Program-made: the position numbers and the translations under genes
The notes under the pieces: generated by a model
The model's input: the letters and a program-made list of their open reading frames with translations, nothing else
The model's database searches: none
What the model was told of the DNA's origin: nothing
In this document: positions 13,153 through 26,790 of the stretch, piece by piece
Position numbering within the stretch: the first letter of the stretch is position 1
How the letters are laid out: every line of letters begins with the position of its first letter
DNA from: Octopus vulgaris
Lineage: Eukaryota
DNA: 64,000 bases
Assembly: GCA_951406725.2 (NCBI GenBank)
Contig: OX597820.1
Location: forward strand, 26,660,001 to 26,724,000
Direction: 5' to 3'

Positions 13153-13526
13153 CTGGCAGAATCGTTAGCACGCCGGGCGAAATGCTTAGCGGTGTTACTT
13201 CTGTCTTTACGTTTTCTCTTTACGTTCTGAGTTCAAATTCCGCCGAGGTCGACTTTGCCTGTCATTCTTTCGGGGTCGATAACAGTTACGTAATGGAGTT
13301 GATCTAACCGACAGGACCTCTCCCCCAAAATTTCGGTCCTTGTGTCTAGAGTAGAAAAAAATATATCCATCGTTAAACCAAGGCAATAAAGATTCATAAA
13401 ATATATGAATAAATTACATTTTTTTGTTATTTATCACAAGGTCAGTCTCATGATTGAGCTGCCCTTGCAATGAAAAGATTTTCCGTACATGGTAAACAGT
13501 TTTGGATTAATATATTTTGACTGATG

Positions 13527-13930
13527 AAGGCGGCGAGCTGGCAGAAACATTAACGCGCCGGGCGAAATGCTTAGCGGTATTTCGTCTGCCGCTACGCTCT
13601 GAGTTCAAATTTCGCCGAGGTCGACTTTGCCTTTCATCCTATCGGGGTCGATTAAATAAGTACCAGTTATGCACTGGGGTCGATGTAATCGACTTAATCC
13701 GTTTGTCTGTCCTTGTTTATATTCTCTGTGTTTAGCCCCTTGTGGGTAGTAAAGAAATAGGTATTTCGTCTGTCTTTACGTTCCAAGTTCAAATTCTGTC
13801 GAGGTCGACTTTGCCTTTCATCTTTTCGGAGTCGATAATTTAAGTACCAGTTGCGTATTGAGGTCGATCTAATCGACTGGCACCCTCTCCCAAAATTTCG
13901 GGCATTGTGTCTAGAGTAGAAAAGAATATT
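13527..13930 (+). mobile_element. Dimeric SINE family A (long-tail copy fused at GGTATTTC to a second body)
   Basis: Head-body-tail ending AAAGAAATA, followed at once by GGTATTTCGTC and a second body with a short tail. Same junction at about 41284 and 60078. Confidence 0.85.
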
Positions 13931-14769
13931 TCTAACAGTATAAAAAAAAAAGAAACAGTTTGGAGAAAAAGAAATTAAAAAGCCTATACTGTTCAGGAAA
14001 CAATGTCTTGTTGAATAATTCATTAAGTGCTTCCTTTGATATATTCAATTAAAAAAATTTTTCGAAACATTTGAAAATTTAGCGCTTCATTATAAGAGGA
14101 AACAATTCTTTTATTCTCTAATTATTTTACTTGCTTCAGTCATTCCATGCGGCCATGCTGGAACACCGCCTTTAGTCCAAGCGATGTTGGGGTGGGGGAG
14201 ACACACAAATATACACACATACATATATATACATCGAGCTTGTTTCAGTTACCGTCTACCAAATCCACTTACAAGGGTTTGGCCAGCCCGAGGCTATATT
14301 AGAAGACACTTATCCAAGGTGCCATGCAGTGGAACCGAACCCGGACCGATCTGGTTGGTAAGCAAGCTACCTACCATACAGTCGTAGTTATTAAATGTTT
14401 TTAAATTAAAAAAATATTTTAAAATCATTGATTTTTTAGATAATGCAAATTATGCAATTTAACTGGACCATAGATGTGTCCTGCACATTTTTGTATAAGT
14501 CTAAGTCCCTTGGCTACTGGAAATAAGTTCGGACAATTGTAAAGCTCACGACAGATTTTGCTCCAGAAACACGTGTCCAAGACACGTGTTTCTGGCGCAA
14601 TAAGAGATAAGAGAACTATCATAGTAAAGAGGGACAGTCTGGAGATAACAGGATAGTCGTTGACTGTCCTCTTATCTTCAGACAATAAGCTTGTACTTTT
14701 CTTTTTCAACTTGAAGAATCCTTGGTTCTAGAGATTATCACCTTTTCTCAAGTATAAATATATATAAAT

Positions 14770-14799
<30 letters not shown>

Positions 14800-14800
<1 letters not shown>

Positions 14801-15008
14801 GTTTTTCCAAACATGAACAAAGAGAAAACACAACAACGCGAGGACGTGGAACAAGTATAGTGTTATTGGACGCTCAGGAAAGGAAAGAAGAAGGACTTAA
14901 CGTTTCGAGCGGAGCTCTTCGTCAGAAACATATAAAAAAAAAAGTAAAGGTCCAAGGAAGGGAAGACGGAGAAAGAAAATCGCTAACGATACACACGCGG
15001 TAACATGT
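14800..15008 (-). mobile_element. Microsatellite-associated mini-element (Penelope-like pLTR/tail type) containing a minimal hammerhead ribozyme at 14895-14930
   Basis: Reverse complement: tgttt CTGACGA a gagc-tcc-gctc GAAA cgtt A; same family as 16378-16592 and the truncated copy at 53250-53327. Confidence 0.75.
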
Positions 15009-15838
15009 TGAATGACCGGAAGGGAATGGGTGAAGAAAAAGTTCTTTCAAAGGCAGGAGTGCAAGAGGAGGAGGTATGTGCGTGTATGTGTGGGTATGTG
15101 CGTGAGCGCCGGCCTGTGTGTGTGTATGTGGTTGTGGCTGTTTATCTATGTGTGTGGTTGGGCTTAGTATCGTTTAAGGTCATAGGAAGAATTTATAGTA
15201 GGAGTGGCTCCTGTTGTGTGTCTTCCTACACATGTGCGTAGGAGAATGGTCAGTGGTAGGTACTGGTAGTTTGAAGTATGTGTGTGTTTTGTTTGTAGTC
15301 TGTGTGTGTCTGTGTGTATGTATGTATGTATGTATGTATGTATGTATGTGTGTGTGTGTGTGCGTGTGTGTATGTGTGTATGCGTAGAGGTTGTGTGTGT
15401 GGGGAGTAACTCTACTTTACTTTGTGTATGTGTGCGTGTCTGCTTGTATGTGCATATGTGTGTACATGTGTGTATAATTGTGTGTGTATATGTATGAGTG
15501 TGTGCGTGTGTGTGTATGTGCGTGTGTATATACACGTGTGTGCGTGTGAGTGTATGTGCGTGTAGTTGTGTGTGCGTGTGTACGCATGTGAGTGTATATA
15601 CGTGTGTGCGTGGGGTTGTGAGTGTTAGGTATGTGTGCATTCGTATGCGTGTGTGCGTATGTGTGCGCATGTTTGTGTGTGTGTGTGTGTGTCTATGTAT
15701 ATGTATATATATATATATACATGTAGTTATATGTATATAAACATGTACATACATATATATACATGTATACTTATATGCAAGTACATATACATACGTGTAT
15801 ATATATATTTATATGTGTACATGTATATATAATCATGT

Positions 15839-15879
<41 letters not shown>

Positions 15880-15882
15880 TGT

Positions 15883-16277
15883 TACTCTTTTACTTGTTTC
15901 AGTCATTTGACTGTGGCTATGCTGGAGCACCGCCTTTAGTCTAGCAAATCGACCCCAGAACTTATTCTTTGGAAGCCTAGTACTTATTCTATCAGTCTTT
16001 TGCTGAACCACTAAGTTACGGGGACCTAAACACACCAGCATCGGTTGTCATGCGATGTTGGGGGTACAAACACAGACACACAATCATATACACACACATA
16101 CACATATATACGACGGGCTTCTTTCAGTTTCTGTCTACCAAATCTACTCACAAGGCTTTGATCGGCCCGAGGCTATAGTAGAAGACACTTGCCCAAGGTG
16201 CCACGCAGTGGGACTGAACCCGGAACCATGTGGTTCGTGAGCAAGCTACTTACCACATAGCCACTCCTACGCCTATA
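15883..16277 (-). mobile_element. SINE family B, near full length
   Basis: Reverse complement of the 51970-52380 type sequence along its whole length. Confidence 0.9.
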
Positions 16278-16377
16278 GGCAAAGTCGACCTCGGTGGAAT
16301 TTGAACTCAGAACGTAACCGCTAAACATTTCGCCCGGCTTGCTAACGTTTCTGCCAGATCGCCGCTTTGTATATATA

Positions 16378-16592
16378 AAGTTAATCCAAACAAGAAAGCA
16401 CAAAAAAACACAACAACGCGAGGACGTGGAACAAATATAGTATTATTGGACGCTCAGGAAAGAAGGAAAGAAGGAGGGTTTAATGTTTCGAGCGGAGCTC
16501 ATCGTCGGAAACATAGGAGAAGGAAAGATCCAGAGAAGGGAAGACAGAGGAAAAAAAATCGCCAACGGTACACACGCGGTCACATTTTGAAT
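16378..16592 (-). mobile_element. Second copy of the hammerhead mini-element, flanked by (TA)n; core mutated (CCGACGA)
   Basis: Colinear with 14800-15008; motif at 16478-16513: gttt CCGACGA t gagc-tcc-gctc GAAA catt A aac. Confidence 0.75.
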
Positions 16593-16603
16593 GTATATAT
16601 ATT

Positions 16604-16697
<94 letters not shown>

Positions 16698-17087
16698 TAT
16701 GCATACACACAATAATATATAGGTATATATACATACATATATATATATGTAAATATATATATACATATATATATATATATGTAAATATATATATATGTAT
16801 ATATACATATATACATATACATATATATATATATATATACCACACATATATATGTATATATATACATATATATGTTTATATACATATATGTATATGTACA
16901 GAAACATACATACATATACATCCATATGCATACATGCATATATATATATATATATATATATATGGCAGTCCAGAGAAATAGGACTGTCATGTTAGCTTGG
17001 CGATAACTATTAATATCCTGTACCGTTGCTGTCTCCTTTATAGAGATTTAGAAATATATATATATATATATAGATATACATACATAC

Positions 17088-17145
<58 letters not shown>

Positions 17146-17830
17146 CATATATATGTATACAAACACATGAGTATATATATATATTCGTTACAACAAGTAA
17201 AATGTAAAACACAGATGAACACAAATACAAATACTGATTCCGGTAAAAGCCATTTATAATAGTGAAGTTGTCACCAACAGGTGCAAAGTAAATTTATTTA
17301 CCGCCGATTTCTATGACATCTTGAATTTCGTGTACTTTTCTTTATAGTAAGTACTGCAGGTCTTAGTTATGCATTGGTACAGGTAATCTATTTTGATTAT
17401 GTCCAGAAAACTCAGTGCAATTTTACTTTCAAAAGTTCATAGTTCACCTTTGTTCTGAGTTTTTGTTATTTACTCTCGTTGATTCATTAAGTTTTCCCAA
17501 TGGTTCCTTCGGAACACGCAAGTTATTCGAGAAGTGTTATGAGAAAACGATATTGAATAAACATTCTATGATATATGAACCGATAGCAAAATATACGTAT
17601 CACTTTTCTGTTTACATATACAGCTGAAGTAAAGCGTCTATATTTTCTCCGTGTATTCCGAGATTAATTTTTTTCCCAAATTAATTTCATGAATAAATAT
17701 AATTATTGGAGAGGAAAATTTTGTCCTTCTTCGAAAATATTTTTCTATTTCCGAGGTCCTACAAATATGAATAGAAGATAGAAAAAGTTTATTGCATAAA
17801 GATTTTGAGGGGGTGGGGTAAGGGAAGTTA

Positions 17831-18155
17831 GGGAGGCGCAATGGCCCAGTGGTTAGGGCAGCGGACTCGCAGTCGGAGGGTCGTGGTTTTCAATTCCCAG
17901 ACCGGGCGTTGTGTGTGTTTATTGAGCGAAAACACCTAAAAAAACTCCACGAGGCTCCGGCAGGGGATGGGGGTGGCGACCCCTGTTATACTCTTTTGCC
18001 TCAACTTTCTCTCACTCTTTCTTCCTGTTTCTTGAGTAACGCTGTGATAGACTGGCGTCCCATCCAGCCGGGGAGAACACATACGCCATAGAAACCGGGA
18101 AACCGGGCCCATGAGCCTAGCTAGGCTTGAAAAGGGCGCATAAATAAATAAAAAA
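17831..18155 (+). mobile_element. tRNA-derived SINE family C
   Basis: tRNA-like head GGAGGCGCAATGGCCCAGTGGTTAGGGCAGCGGACTCGC..GGTTTCAATTCC; A-rich tail; related to 26491-26790 and 55281-55553. Confidence 0.85.
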
Positions 18156-18489
18156 AGTTAAGTTAGAACATGATGAAGAGAATCGATGAGGGAGAAGGGA
18201 AAGAAAATAAAAGTTTGGGAGAATAAAGAAAAAAATGAAAGGATAAAAGTGTATGTACAGTGTGAGAAGGGATATGCTGTAAGTTTACGTTACGTTTCTA
18301 AATTATGAATGTGTTCGTATATATGTATGTATGTGTACACACATACACATCTATACATGCATATATCCATATACTCACACGTATATACATTTATATGCAT
18401 TAAAGCAACAATTTCAGTTTTACATTTAATTTTTCAGTCAGTATAACTGGTATTTATCTAGTGGATAGAAAGAGGGAATCTGACGACAT

Positions 18490-18596
<107 letters not shown>

Positions 18597-18703
18597 GTCT
18601 ATCTATCTATCTATCTATCTATCTAGCTAGCTATCCGTCTATGTATATATCTATCTACTTCTCTCTCCCCCCCTCTCTCTCTCTCTCTGTATATATGTAT
18701 ATA

Positions 18704-18790
18704 TAGGGTTGGTGCATAATTATTGCGGCTTTTTTCAACAAATTTTATTCCACAAAAACAATAACAACATGTAACAAAAACATCTTCAAA
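18704..18790 (+). mobile_element. Mariner-like terminal inverted repeat fragment
   Basis: TA-GGGTTGGTGCATAATTATTGCGG resembles mariner TIRs (TTAGGTTGGTGCAAAAGTAATTGCGG type); no partner TIR found. Confidence 0.5.
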
Positions 18791-18794
18791 TGTG

Positions 18795-21700
18795 TTTAAT
18801 AAATAAGCTTAAAGAAATTAGTAACAATTATTTTGAATAAGTAAAAATGAAATTAAATGTTAACTTTAACGAATAAATGGCACTAATTGGCGATCAATCA
18901 ACTCTGTGAATATTTTCTCACAGCAAAATTCAATTGACAGAAGAAAATGACAATTTGATTGGTAATTGAACTTGGAAATTTAGCTAACTGTTTCTTATAT
19001 GAGACAAAAAATGAGCGGTATTTTTCGACTTTTGCGTGACTCACTTGATTTGACACGTACATGCCCATTATTTATTCTTTAATTCTGTTTCACGAAGAAG
19101 GAATATTAGTATCAACATTTCAAATTACTAGTTATTTTTTTTTTTATTAGTAAGGATAATTGAACGATATTTTGGCAAATTCTTCTTATAATTTTTACGA
19201 ATTTTACAGATCAAATTCATCGGTTACATTCTAAACAAAAGCACTATTTGATCGGTCCTGGTACCTTATTCATCCACACGTTTTGCTTCTTTATCGGTCA
19301 ACATCGCATATTGCAGAACCCTATATTCCATTTGAAGTTTTCCTGTTTGCATTCGATTAGAGATTTTCGATAGGATGCCTCGAAAAAGCAAATGCTTCCG
19401 TTTTGCGTTCCTTGCGGGCAACCGAAACAGAAGAACAATGTGTGCGTCGGCGTGCTTGCAATGCTGATTCTACTGCAGTTACCAGACTATCACAAACCGC
19501 TCAACAAGCAGAACTCCGGCGTGCACGCAATGCTGCCTCTACTTTAAATAGCTGTGCTTTAGAGACTGTTGAACAAAGGGCCACAAGATTTGGGGCTGAT
19601 TCTCAACGTAAAATGCGTGTTCATGTCTTTTCGAGGGTTTCTTCTTGTTGCTGGTTTAACAAGGCCTTTCATTACAGCCCCCACGAGGACTACGCGTCAC
19701 ACCCACATATCATCATTGGCAATATGTTTACGGTTTGGGTCCATTGTAATGCAATGAGGTGGCCAGCAGAATCTACCAGTATATGCTGCTCCAATGGAAC
19801 GGTTAGCTTGCCTCATTTACAAGTCGGTGCCGAAACTGTGAAGTCCCTGCTGCTCGGAGACCATCCAGATTCTAAAAACTTTCTTCGGAATATAAGAGCC
19901 AACAATTCTGCTTTCCAAATGACAAGCTTTGGTCATACAACAATAAGAGATGGAAATTATATGTCCTCCTCCAAAGTACAAGGCCAAATTTACTACCAAA
20001 TTGGCTCCCTTATTTCACAAGATAGCGATGAACACAGCTTTCCCCAGATTTACCTTATGGGGAACAGACCTGAGGAAATTGCACGAAGAGCTTCAGTTAC
20101 TACAGGAACAAGACCATCTCTTCTGCAGTCCCTTCAGTATATGCTTCTTACCATAAACCCTTACGTAACCATTTTTAAAACTGCTCTTCAGGGTAGAGAT
20201 ACTGATGATCAGTTTAAGGTTGTCATTGAAGGTGACCGCGTTCCACCAGTGCAGCATCGGGGTTGCTTTAACAAACCCCGAACCGACGATGTTGCGGTGC
20301 TTATAACAAATCTCAATGAGTTTGATTCAAACCGTGATATTATACTTGAATGGCAAGACTCGCGCCTTCAAAAAAAGATGAACTTCATCCTGCATATGAT
20401 GCCCTCCAATATCTATTACTGTTCCCCTATGGTGACGATGGCTACCGCATTGACTTGTCAAAGTTTAATCCGGAAACGTTAATGTATCTTCAACCACGGA
20501 AAACCATTTCACAAATGGAATTTTATGCATTTCGGCTTATGGTTCGCAATAACGGCATCAACATTCTTCCTAGAACACATATGCTCCTCAATCAATACTG
20601 TATAGATGTCTTTGCTAAGGGAGATATTTCTTATTTTATGATTTCTTTCAGAAAATTTCCTTAGCCTGGTCACTAACTAATTACTCCACAAATTTCTTCC
20701 TTTTCCAGATTGACACCGAACGCCTCAAATGGATAAGACAACACCAAAAGGAATTACGTACAGAAGAATATGGCAATCTTCGTGACGAAGTGAACCGAAA
20801 CGATCAGGTTTTTGCTTCGAATATTGGACGTTCTGTCATTCTCCCGACACAACGCTACAAGACTTGCGCTCCAACTCTAAACCGTTCGGAGGCGTCGTAA
20901 TTCTTCTTGCTGGGGACTTTCTTCAAACCTTTCCTATTATCCCAAAAGGCACACCAGCTGATGAATTAAACGCTTGCCTTAAAAATTCTCATCGTTGGCG
21001 CTCTGTCCAGTCGAGAATGTTAACCATAAACATGCGTTCCATTCTCCACCAACAAGATTATGACAATTCCATTGCTTCAAAGTTATTGGATATCGGTAAT
21101 GGGAGCTTACCACTCGACGTAAATGGTTTGGCTGACATAAATACCATCGGTAACAACGTCTCCAGTCCTGAGGAGCTATGCACAACAGTTTACCCCAACC
21201 TCTCTACCAATTACATCAGTCATGAATGGATGTGTGAAAGAGCCATCTTAGCTTCGACAAATGCTACCGTCCAAGTCCTAAACACATGTCTGTTTTGTCA
21301 ACTTCCTACCCAAGAGCGATGCTATGCTTCGGTTGATTCAGTTACTGATTCAACACAAGTAACGTTTTCCTAACAGAGTTTTTAAGCTCAAAAGAACCAT
21401 CGGTATTGCCACCGCATAAACTTAGCCTTAAACTTGGTTGTCCTATTATGCTCTTGAGAAATTTAGAGCCTCCTCGGCTTTGCAACGGCACACTTTTGGC
21501 TGCTAAGCAAATGTTGGATAACGTTCTTGAAGCCACAATTATCACAGGAAAAGACACTGGTGAGTCTGCTTTTATTCCCAGAGTTCCACTTATTTCGGCT
21601 GTGTCTTTGCAATGAAAAGAGTCCAAATCCCCATTTAATTAAGCTTTGCTATGACCATTAACAAAGCCCAAAGTTCTAGAGTTGGAAACTCGGCCAATCT

Positions 21701-22245
21701 CTTCTACTACGCTCCCGAAAGATTGACGAAAAACATGGTTTACAAGGTAGCCCTCTAATAGTTTTTCCATTGGGTTGAAATCCTCTTCAGGTTGGTCCTT
21801 ATTGCGCTTATTTACTCCTCACGACCGGTTATGTTAATCTTCCAACAAATGCCCATTGTTTGGCAGTTAAGTCAAGCATCTTTTTCATTTCAATGCATAG
21901 TTTCCCAGATGCCTCAGATAATTTCATATTGCAATTAGGCATATTTCTTACAGATTGCCTTCATGTCCATAGAAATGTGTATGCTTTTTGTACCGATTCT
22001 TCAGCCACCCAGTCAATTAAAAGGCATTGCGAACGATAATTTTCCATACTTACATTTTAATACCCAATATCTGCAAATAAAACATGTTCCTTTTTGAATA
22101 CCACTTATTTTTGATTTAACGTCTCAACTATGTCAAATAATCCTAAATTTTAAGCATAGACAGAAGCGGAATTACACTATTTTAGACTCCAGTTCTACCA
22201 CGAACTTATCCCATCCAATGGACGGGTGGGGGGTTCTTTTGCTAA
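18795..22245 (+). mobile_element. Internally deleted, formerly autonomous Helitron (5' boundary uncertain)
   Basis: RepHel pseudogene inside; 3' hairpin CCCATCC-AAT-GGACGGG (22210-22226) followed by CTAA|T at 22242-22246 (CTRR end). Confidence 0.85.
19375..21758 (+). pseudogene. Helitron Rep/Pif1-helicase pseudogene with frameshifts, one intron and large internal deletions
   Basis: Motifs HCNAMRWPAE..CCSNG, FLRNIRANNSAFQMTSFG, HPAYDALQYLLLFPYG, QYCIDVFAK/IDTERL, PFGGVVILLAGDF..P, PPHKLSLKLGCPIMLLRNL..PRLCNGT, AMTINKAQ. Confidence 0.92.
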
Positions 22246-22259
22246 TATATATATATATA

Positions 22260-22460
22260 TTGATTCGTTAGCTCCTGCACGCATTTTTTTCTCTCCTTGT
22301 TTCTCTCCGTGTTTCTTTTCTGTGTATCTTTCTGTTGAAGAGCGTAGGCTCGAAACGTAAAAGACTTGTTTTATTTCCATTCCTGAGCGCCATACTAATA
22401 CAATTGTTTGTTTGTACTCCACCTGCCTTCGTCTTCTGTTTATTTTCGTAAAGCTTCCTG

Positions 22461-22463
<3 letters not shown>
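22260..22463 (+). mobile_element. (TA)n-flanked mini-element with a hammerhead-like motif at 22327-22364
   Basis: tcttt CTGTTGA a gagc-gtag-gctc GAAA cgt A aaaga; its 3' end recurs inverted at 35469-35549; a diverged relative lies at 57528-57715. Confidence 0.7.
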
Positions 22464-22526
<63 letters not shown>

Positions 22527-23254
22527 TAGATTAACATGTCTCATTTGAGTTATCTCCCTTGATGCTTGCAGATTTAAAAGAAAACAAAGAAAGATTTTGG
22601 GGCATTCTTTTGATATAGCTCGACAAGGTCGAGACATTTCACTTCGGGTATTTCCGTGGTTTGTGGAGTATAGATATAACGAAATTATGCCAGCAATGTC
22701 TCATTTTAAACTTGAAGAAAAAAAAGCCTTGCATATTTTTTTCTTACCTGTTTCATGTGTGTATGTAAAATCCGCAAATTTCCAAGCAGAAAACAGAATC
22801 GAACTGTTATTTGCTTCCACGGAAATACCCGAAGTGAAGTGCTTTGATTTTGTCGAGTTATATAGAAAGAATGCCGATTTTTGTCTACAAATTGCTTATA
22901 TCGTCACAGGTAATCGAAGTTTTTCTACTCCCAATGTGAGATTCTCCCTTAGTTATATTTATTATACAGGTCGATCAAATAACACCACAGCATCAACACA
23001 ATGTATGTATGGCAAAGTAAGAAGAAAGCGCCTGGTAAGACGTAAACAGCGCGGTTTCAATTCTTAGTTCAAGCTGGTTCATTCCGGTTTATTTTTCTTT
23101 TTGCTTGTTAATGCTCTCTGTTGAAATGTGTTAATCCCCTCATCTACCTGTTTTGCCTCCCCCTGAAATACAGGGCTTTGTAACTCGTCCGGTGTGTAGG
23201 TTGTGTGTGTGGGGTGGGGGTGGAAGTGCTGATAGTGGTGGTGGCGGTTATGAT

Positions 23255-24200
23255 GAAGTACTACCACCGCTACCATCACCATCATCACCATAACGATCTC
23301 CACAACAGCCCCTATCATGTTCTCTCTGACAAACCCTATAATCACCACCGCTAACACAACCACCACCACCACCACTACCACCACCATGATCCCCCCAACG
23401 CCACCAATAGCACCATTACTACTACTACTACTTACTACACCTACTACTACTACCACCACCTCCACCAGCACCACTTCCACACCATCATCACCGTCAGACT
23501 ATTACCACCACTACTACCATCCCCATCAACATCACTATTATCACCATCACCACCACCACACCACCAATTACACAATCACCGTCAATACTACTATTACTAC
23601 TATCTTTACCATCACCACCCTCACACCATCACCACCACCACCACCACCACAACTACCATACCCATCGGCATCACCATTAACACTACCACCACCACCACCA
23701 TCATAAACCACCACTACTACTACCATATTCCATCGGCATCACCATTAACACTACGACCACCTCCACCACCACCACCACCACCACCACCACCACCACCACT
23801 ACCATCACAAACCACCACCACTACTACTACTATCATACCCATCGGCATCACCATTAACACTACCACCACCACCACCACCACAACTACCATCACAAACCAC
23901 CACCACTACTACTACTATCATACCCATCGGCATCACCATTAACACTACCACCACCACCACCATCATAAACCACCACTACTACTACCATATTCCATCGGCA
24001 TCACCATTAACACTACGACCACCTCCACCACCACCACCACCACCACCACCACAACTACCATCACAAACCACCACCACTACTACTACTATCATACCCATCG
24101 GCATCACCATTAACACTACCACCACCACCACCACCACCACCACAACACCACCAAAACCACCACCACCGCCATCACCACCATTATTCCCCCATCGTCGTCA
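23255..24200. repeat. (ACC/ACT)n low-complexity block with a higher-order minisatellite
   Basis: Unit CCATCGGCATCACCATTAACACTAC recurs six times between about 23655 and 24120. Confidence 0.9.
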
Positions 24201-24524
24201 CCGCCATTCCAAATCCTCACTAACCGTCACTTCACAAGCTACTGAAGTTTGAACAAACATTTTCCTTTTTTTCACCAGTGTCGAAAAACGAAACAAAACA
24301 AAACACAAAACCCCTTAACTTACTCCCACGCTGACCCCCCCCCCCCACCAATCCAGTTCACAAACAAGAAAACACAACGTTCAGCATTAGGATGAAAGTG
24401 GGACAGGATAGGTAGTACAAGTATGGCTGACTCATAAGAGGAACCGAAGTGGGAGGTCAGCGGCGGCTGGGATAGTGACAGAAGTCTCTTAAGTAAATAC
24501 ACCATATACACAGTAGAGGCCAGT

Positions 24525-25457
24525 GTATAGCTGTGGTGTTGGTCGTGGTGATGGTGGTGGTTGTGTTTGTAGTAGTTCTGTGATTGGGTTGGTGGTAGTA
24601 GCCGTGGTGGTGGTGGTGTTTGTAGTGATATTAGTTGTGTTGGTGGTGGTGGTAGTAGAGGTGGTGTTTGTTGTTGTGGTCGTAGTTGTAGTCGTAGTGG
24701 TTGTTGTGTTGGTGGTGGTAGTTGTGTTGGCGGTAGTAGTTGTGTTGGTGGTGGTAGTTGTGTTGGTAGTGGTAGTTGTGTTGGTGGTGGTAGCTGTGGT
24801 GGTAGTTGTGTTGGCGGTAGTAGTTGTGGTGGTGGTGGTAGTTGTGTTGTTGCTGGTAGTTGTGGTGGTGGTAGTAGTTGTGGTGGTAGTGGCAGTTGTG
24901 TCGCTGGTAGTTGTGGTGGTGGTAGTAGTTGTGGTGGTGTTTATTGTAGTGTTTCTGTTGATAGTAGTTGTAGTGGTGGTGGTAATGGTGGTTGTGGTGG
25001 TGTTTGTGTGGTGTTGGTGTTGGCGGTGGTGATGATGTTTGCGGTGGTAGTGGTGTTTGTGGTGGTAGTTATGGTGGTGTCTGTGGTGATGATAATAGTT
25101 GTTAAGGTGGTGGTAGTTGACTGTGTTTGTTGTAGTGTTTGTATCGTTGATGGTGTTTGCGGTGGTGGTTGCTATGGCGACATCTGTTGTAACGGTGGTA
25201 GTTGGGGTGGTTGTAGTAGTAGTTGTTCTGGTTGCCATGGTGATAGTTGTAGCAATGCTTGTGGTGATGGTAGTTGTGGTGGTGCTTGTAATGAAAGCAG
25301 CCATGGAGTTTGTTGTGCTGGTGGTAGTTTTGGTGGTGTTTGCGATAGTAGTTGTAATTGTGATGTATGTGGTGGTGGTGATGGTGGTGGTAGTAGCTAT
25401 AATGTTCGGAGTGGTGATAGCTGTGGAAAATGTGTTAGAGATAGTTTGGTGGTGCTT

Positions 25458-25516
<59 letters not shown>

Positions 25517-25580
25517 TGTTGTTGTTGCAGTAGTAGTAGTTATAGTGTTTGTGGTGTTGGTTGTTGTAGTGATGTGGTGG
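24525..25580. repeat. (GGT/AGT/TGT)n low-complexity trinucleotide block
   Basis: Seen directly; open in several frames. Confidence 0.9.
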
Positions 25581-26490
25581 AGATAGGGAGCAATATCGAC
25601 ATAAAAACATCTGTACTCATGCAAAATATGGCGGCGGAAGAAAACACCATTTCATTTGTTTGTCTATTTATTTATTTATTTATTTATTTTAAATCTTCAT
25701 TGCTTTCGAAGCGAATACATATTTACATCCATCGATTGATTCCTACATCTGCCACTCCCTCCATACACCCATGTACCCTTGAATTCATAAAATTCCCCAT
25801 CTATCCACCCTTCGCCGATCCCATTCCGGCATCCATCTATCCGTCCTTCAATCCATCCGTCCGTCTGTTCATTCATCCATCCATTTATTCACCAATCCAC
25901 CAAACTACCAATCTGCCAATTCAGAAATTTATTCAGCCATGTTCTAACCCTAGCTCTCTACCAGTCCCCACCCTCTATCCATTCATCCATCCATCCATCC
26001 ATCCTTCCTCCCACACAACCATCCATCCACCAATGCAACCATCAATCCAGCGATGTATCCATCCATTCACACAACCATCTATCGATTAATCGATCGGTCC
26101 ATCCAACAGATCCATGCATACACCAATCCACTAACCCATCAATCCATCCATCCATCCATCCACCCACCTACCCACCCATCGATCGATCGATCCATCTACT
26201 AATCCATCCTTGCCTCCCCCTCCATTCATCCATCCAGCCAGCCATCTATCCATTCCTCCCCTTCCATACTCCTTCTCTCCCTCCCTCCCTTCCTCCCTTC
26301 CTTCCTTCCTCCCCTTCCTCCTTCCTCCTTCATCCCCCCTCCTCTCCCTCCATCTCTTCCTTCCTTCCTTCCTTCCACATTTCCTCTCTCCCTTACTCAA
26401 CAATTGTTAGCGCGTCAAACAAAATGCTTAGCGACATTCGGCAAAGGTCAATGATGCCAAGATTTTAGGCTTAGGCTCAAAATATGGCTT

Positions 26491-26790
26491 GTGGAGGCAC
26501 ATGGCCTAGTGGTTAGAGCAACGAACTCGCGGTCGAGGGATCGTGGGTTCAAATCTCAGACCGGGCTATGTGTGTGTTTATGAGCGAAAACCCCTAAGCT
26601 CCACGCGGCTCCGGCAGAAGGTAATGGCGAACTTCTGCTGACTCTTTCGCCAAAACTTTCTCTCACTCTTTCCTCCAGCATCTTGCAGCTCACCTGCGAA
26701 GGACCGGCGTCCCATCTAGGTGGGGAACCTATACGCCAGAAAACCGGGAAACCGGCCCTGTGAGCCAGGCATGGTTCGAGAAAGAACAAA
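26491..26790 (+). mobile_element. SINE family C copy with 13-bp TSD
   Basis: CAAAATATGGCTT at 26478-26490 and 26791-26803; tRNA-like head. Confidence 0.9.

Noticed and set aside
17831-17905. Functional tRNA genes at SINE heads (families A, B, C)
   Set aside because: A/B boxes are present, but they continue into SINE bodies with tails and TSDs and have no proper acceptor stem or terminator.
24489-25610. 373-aa Thr-rich minus-strand ORF as a mucin exon of the EGF/SEA gene
   Set aside because: It drifts between poly-Thr, poly-His and poly-Tyr registers typical of trinucleotide microsatellites. I found no convincing splice sites, and the EGF and SEA exons already join in frame without it.
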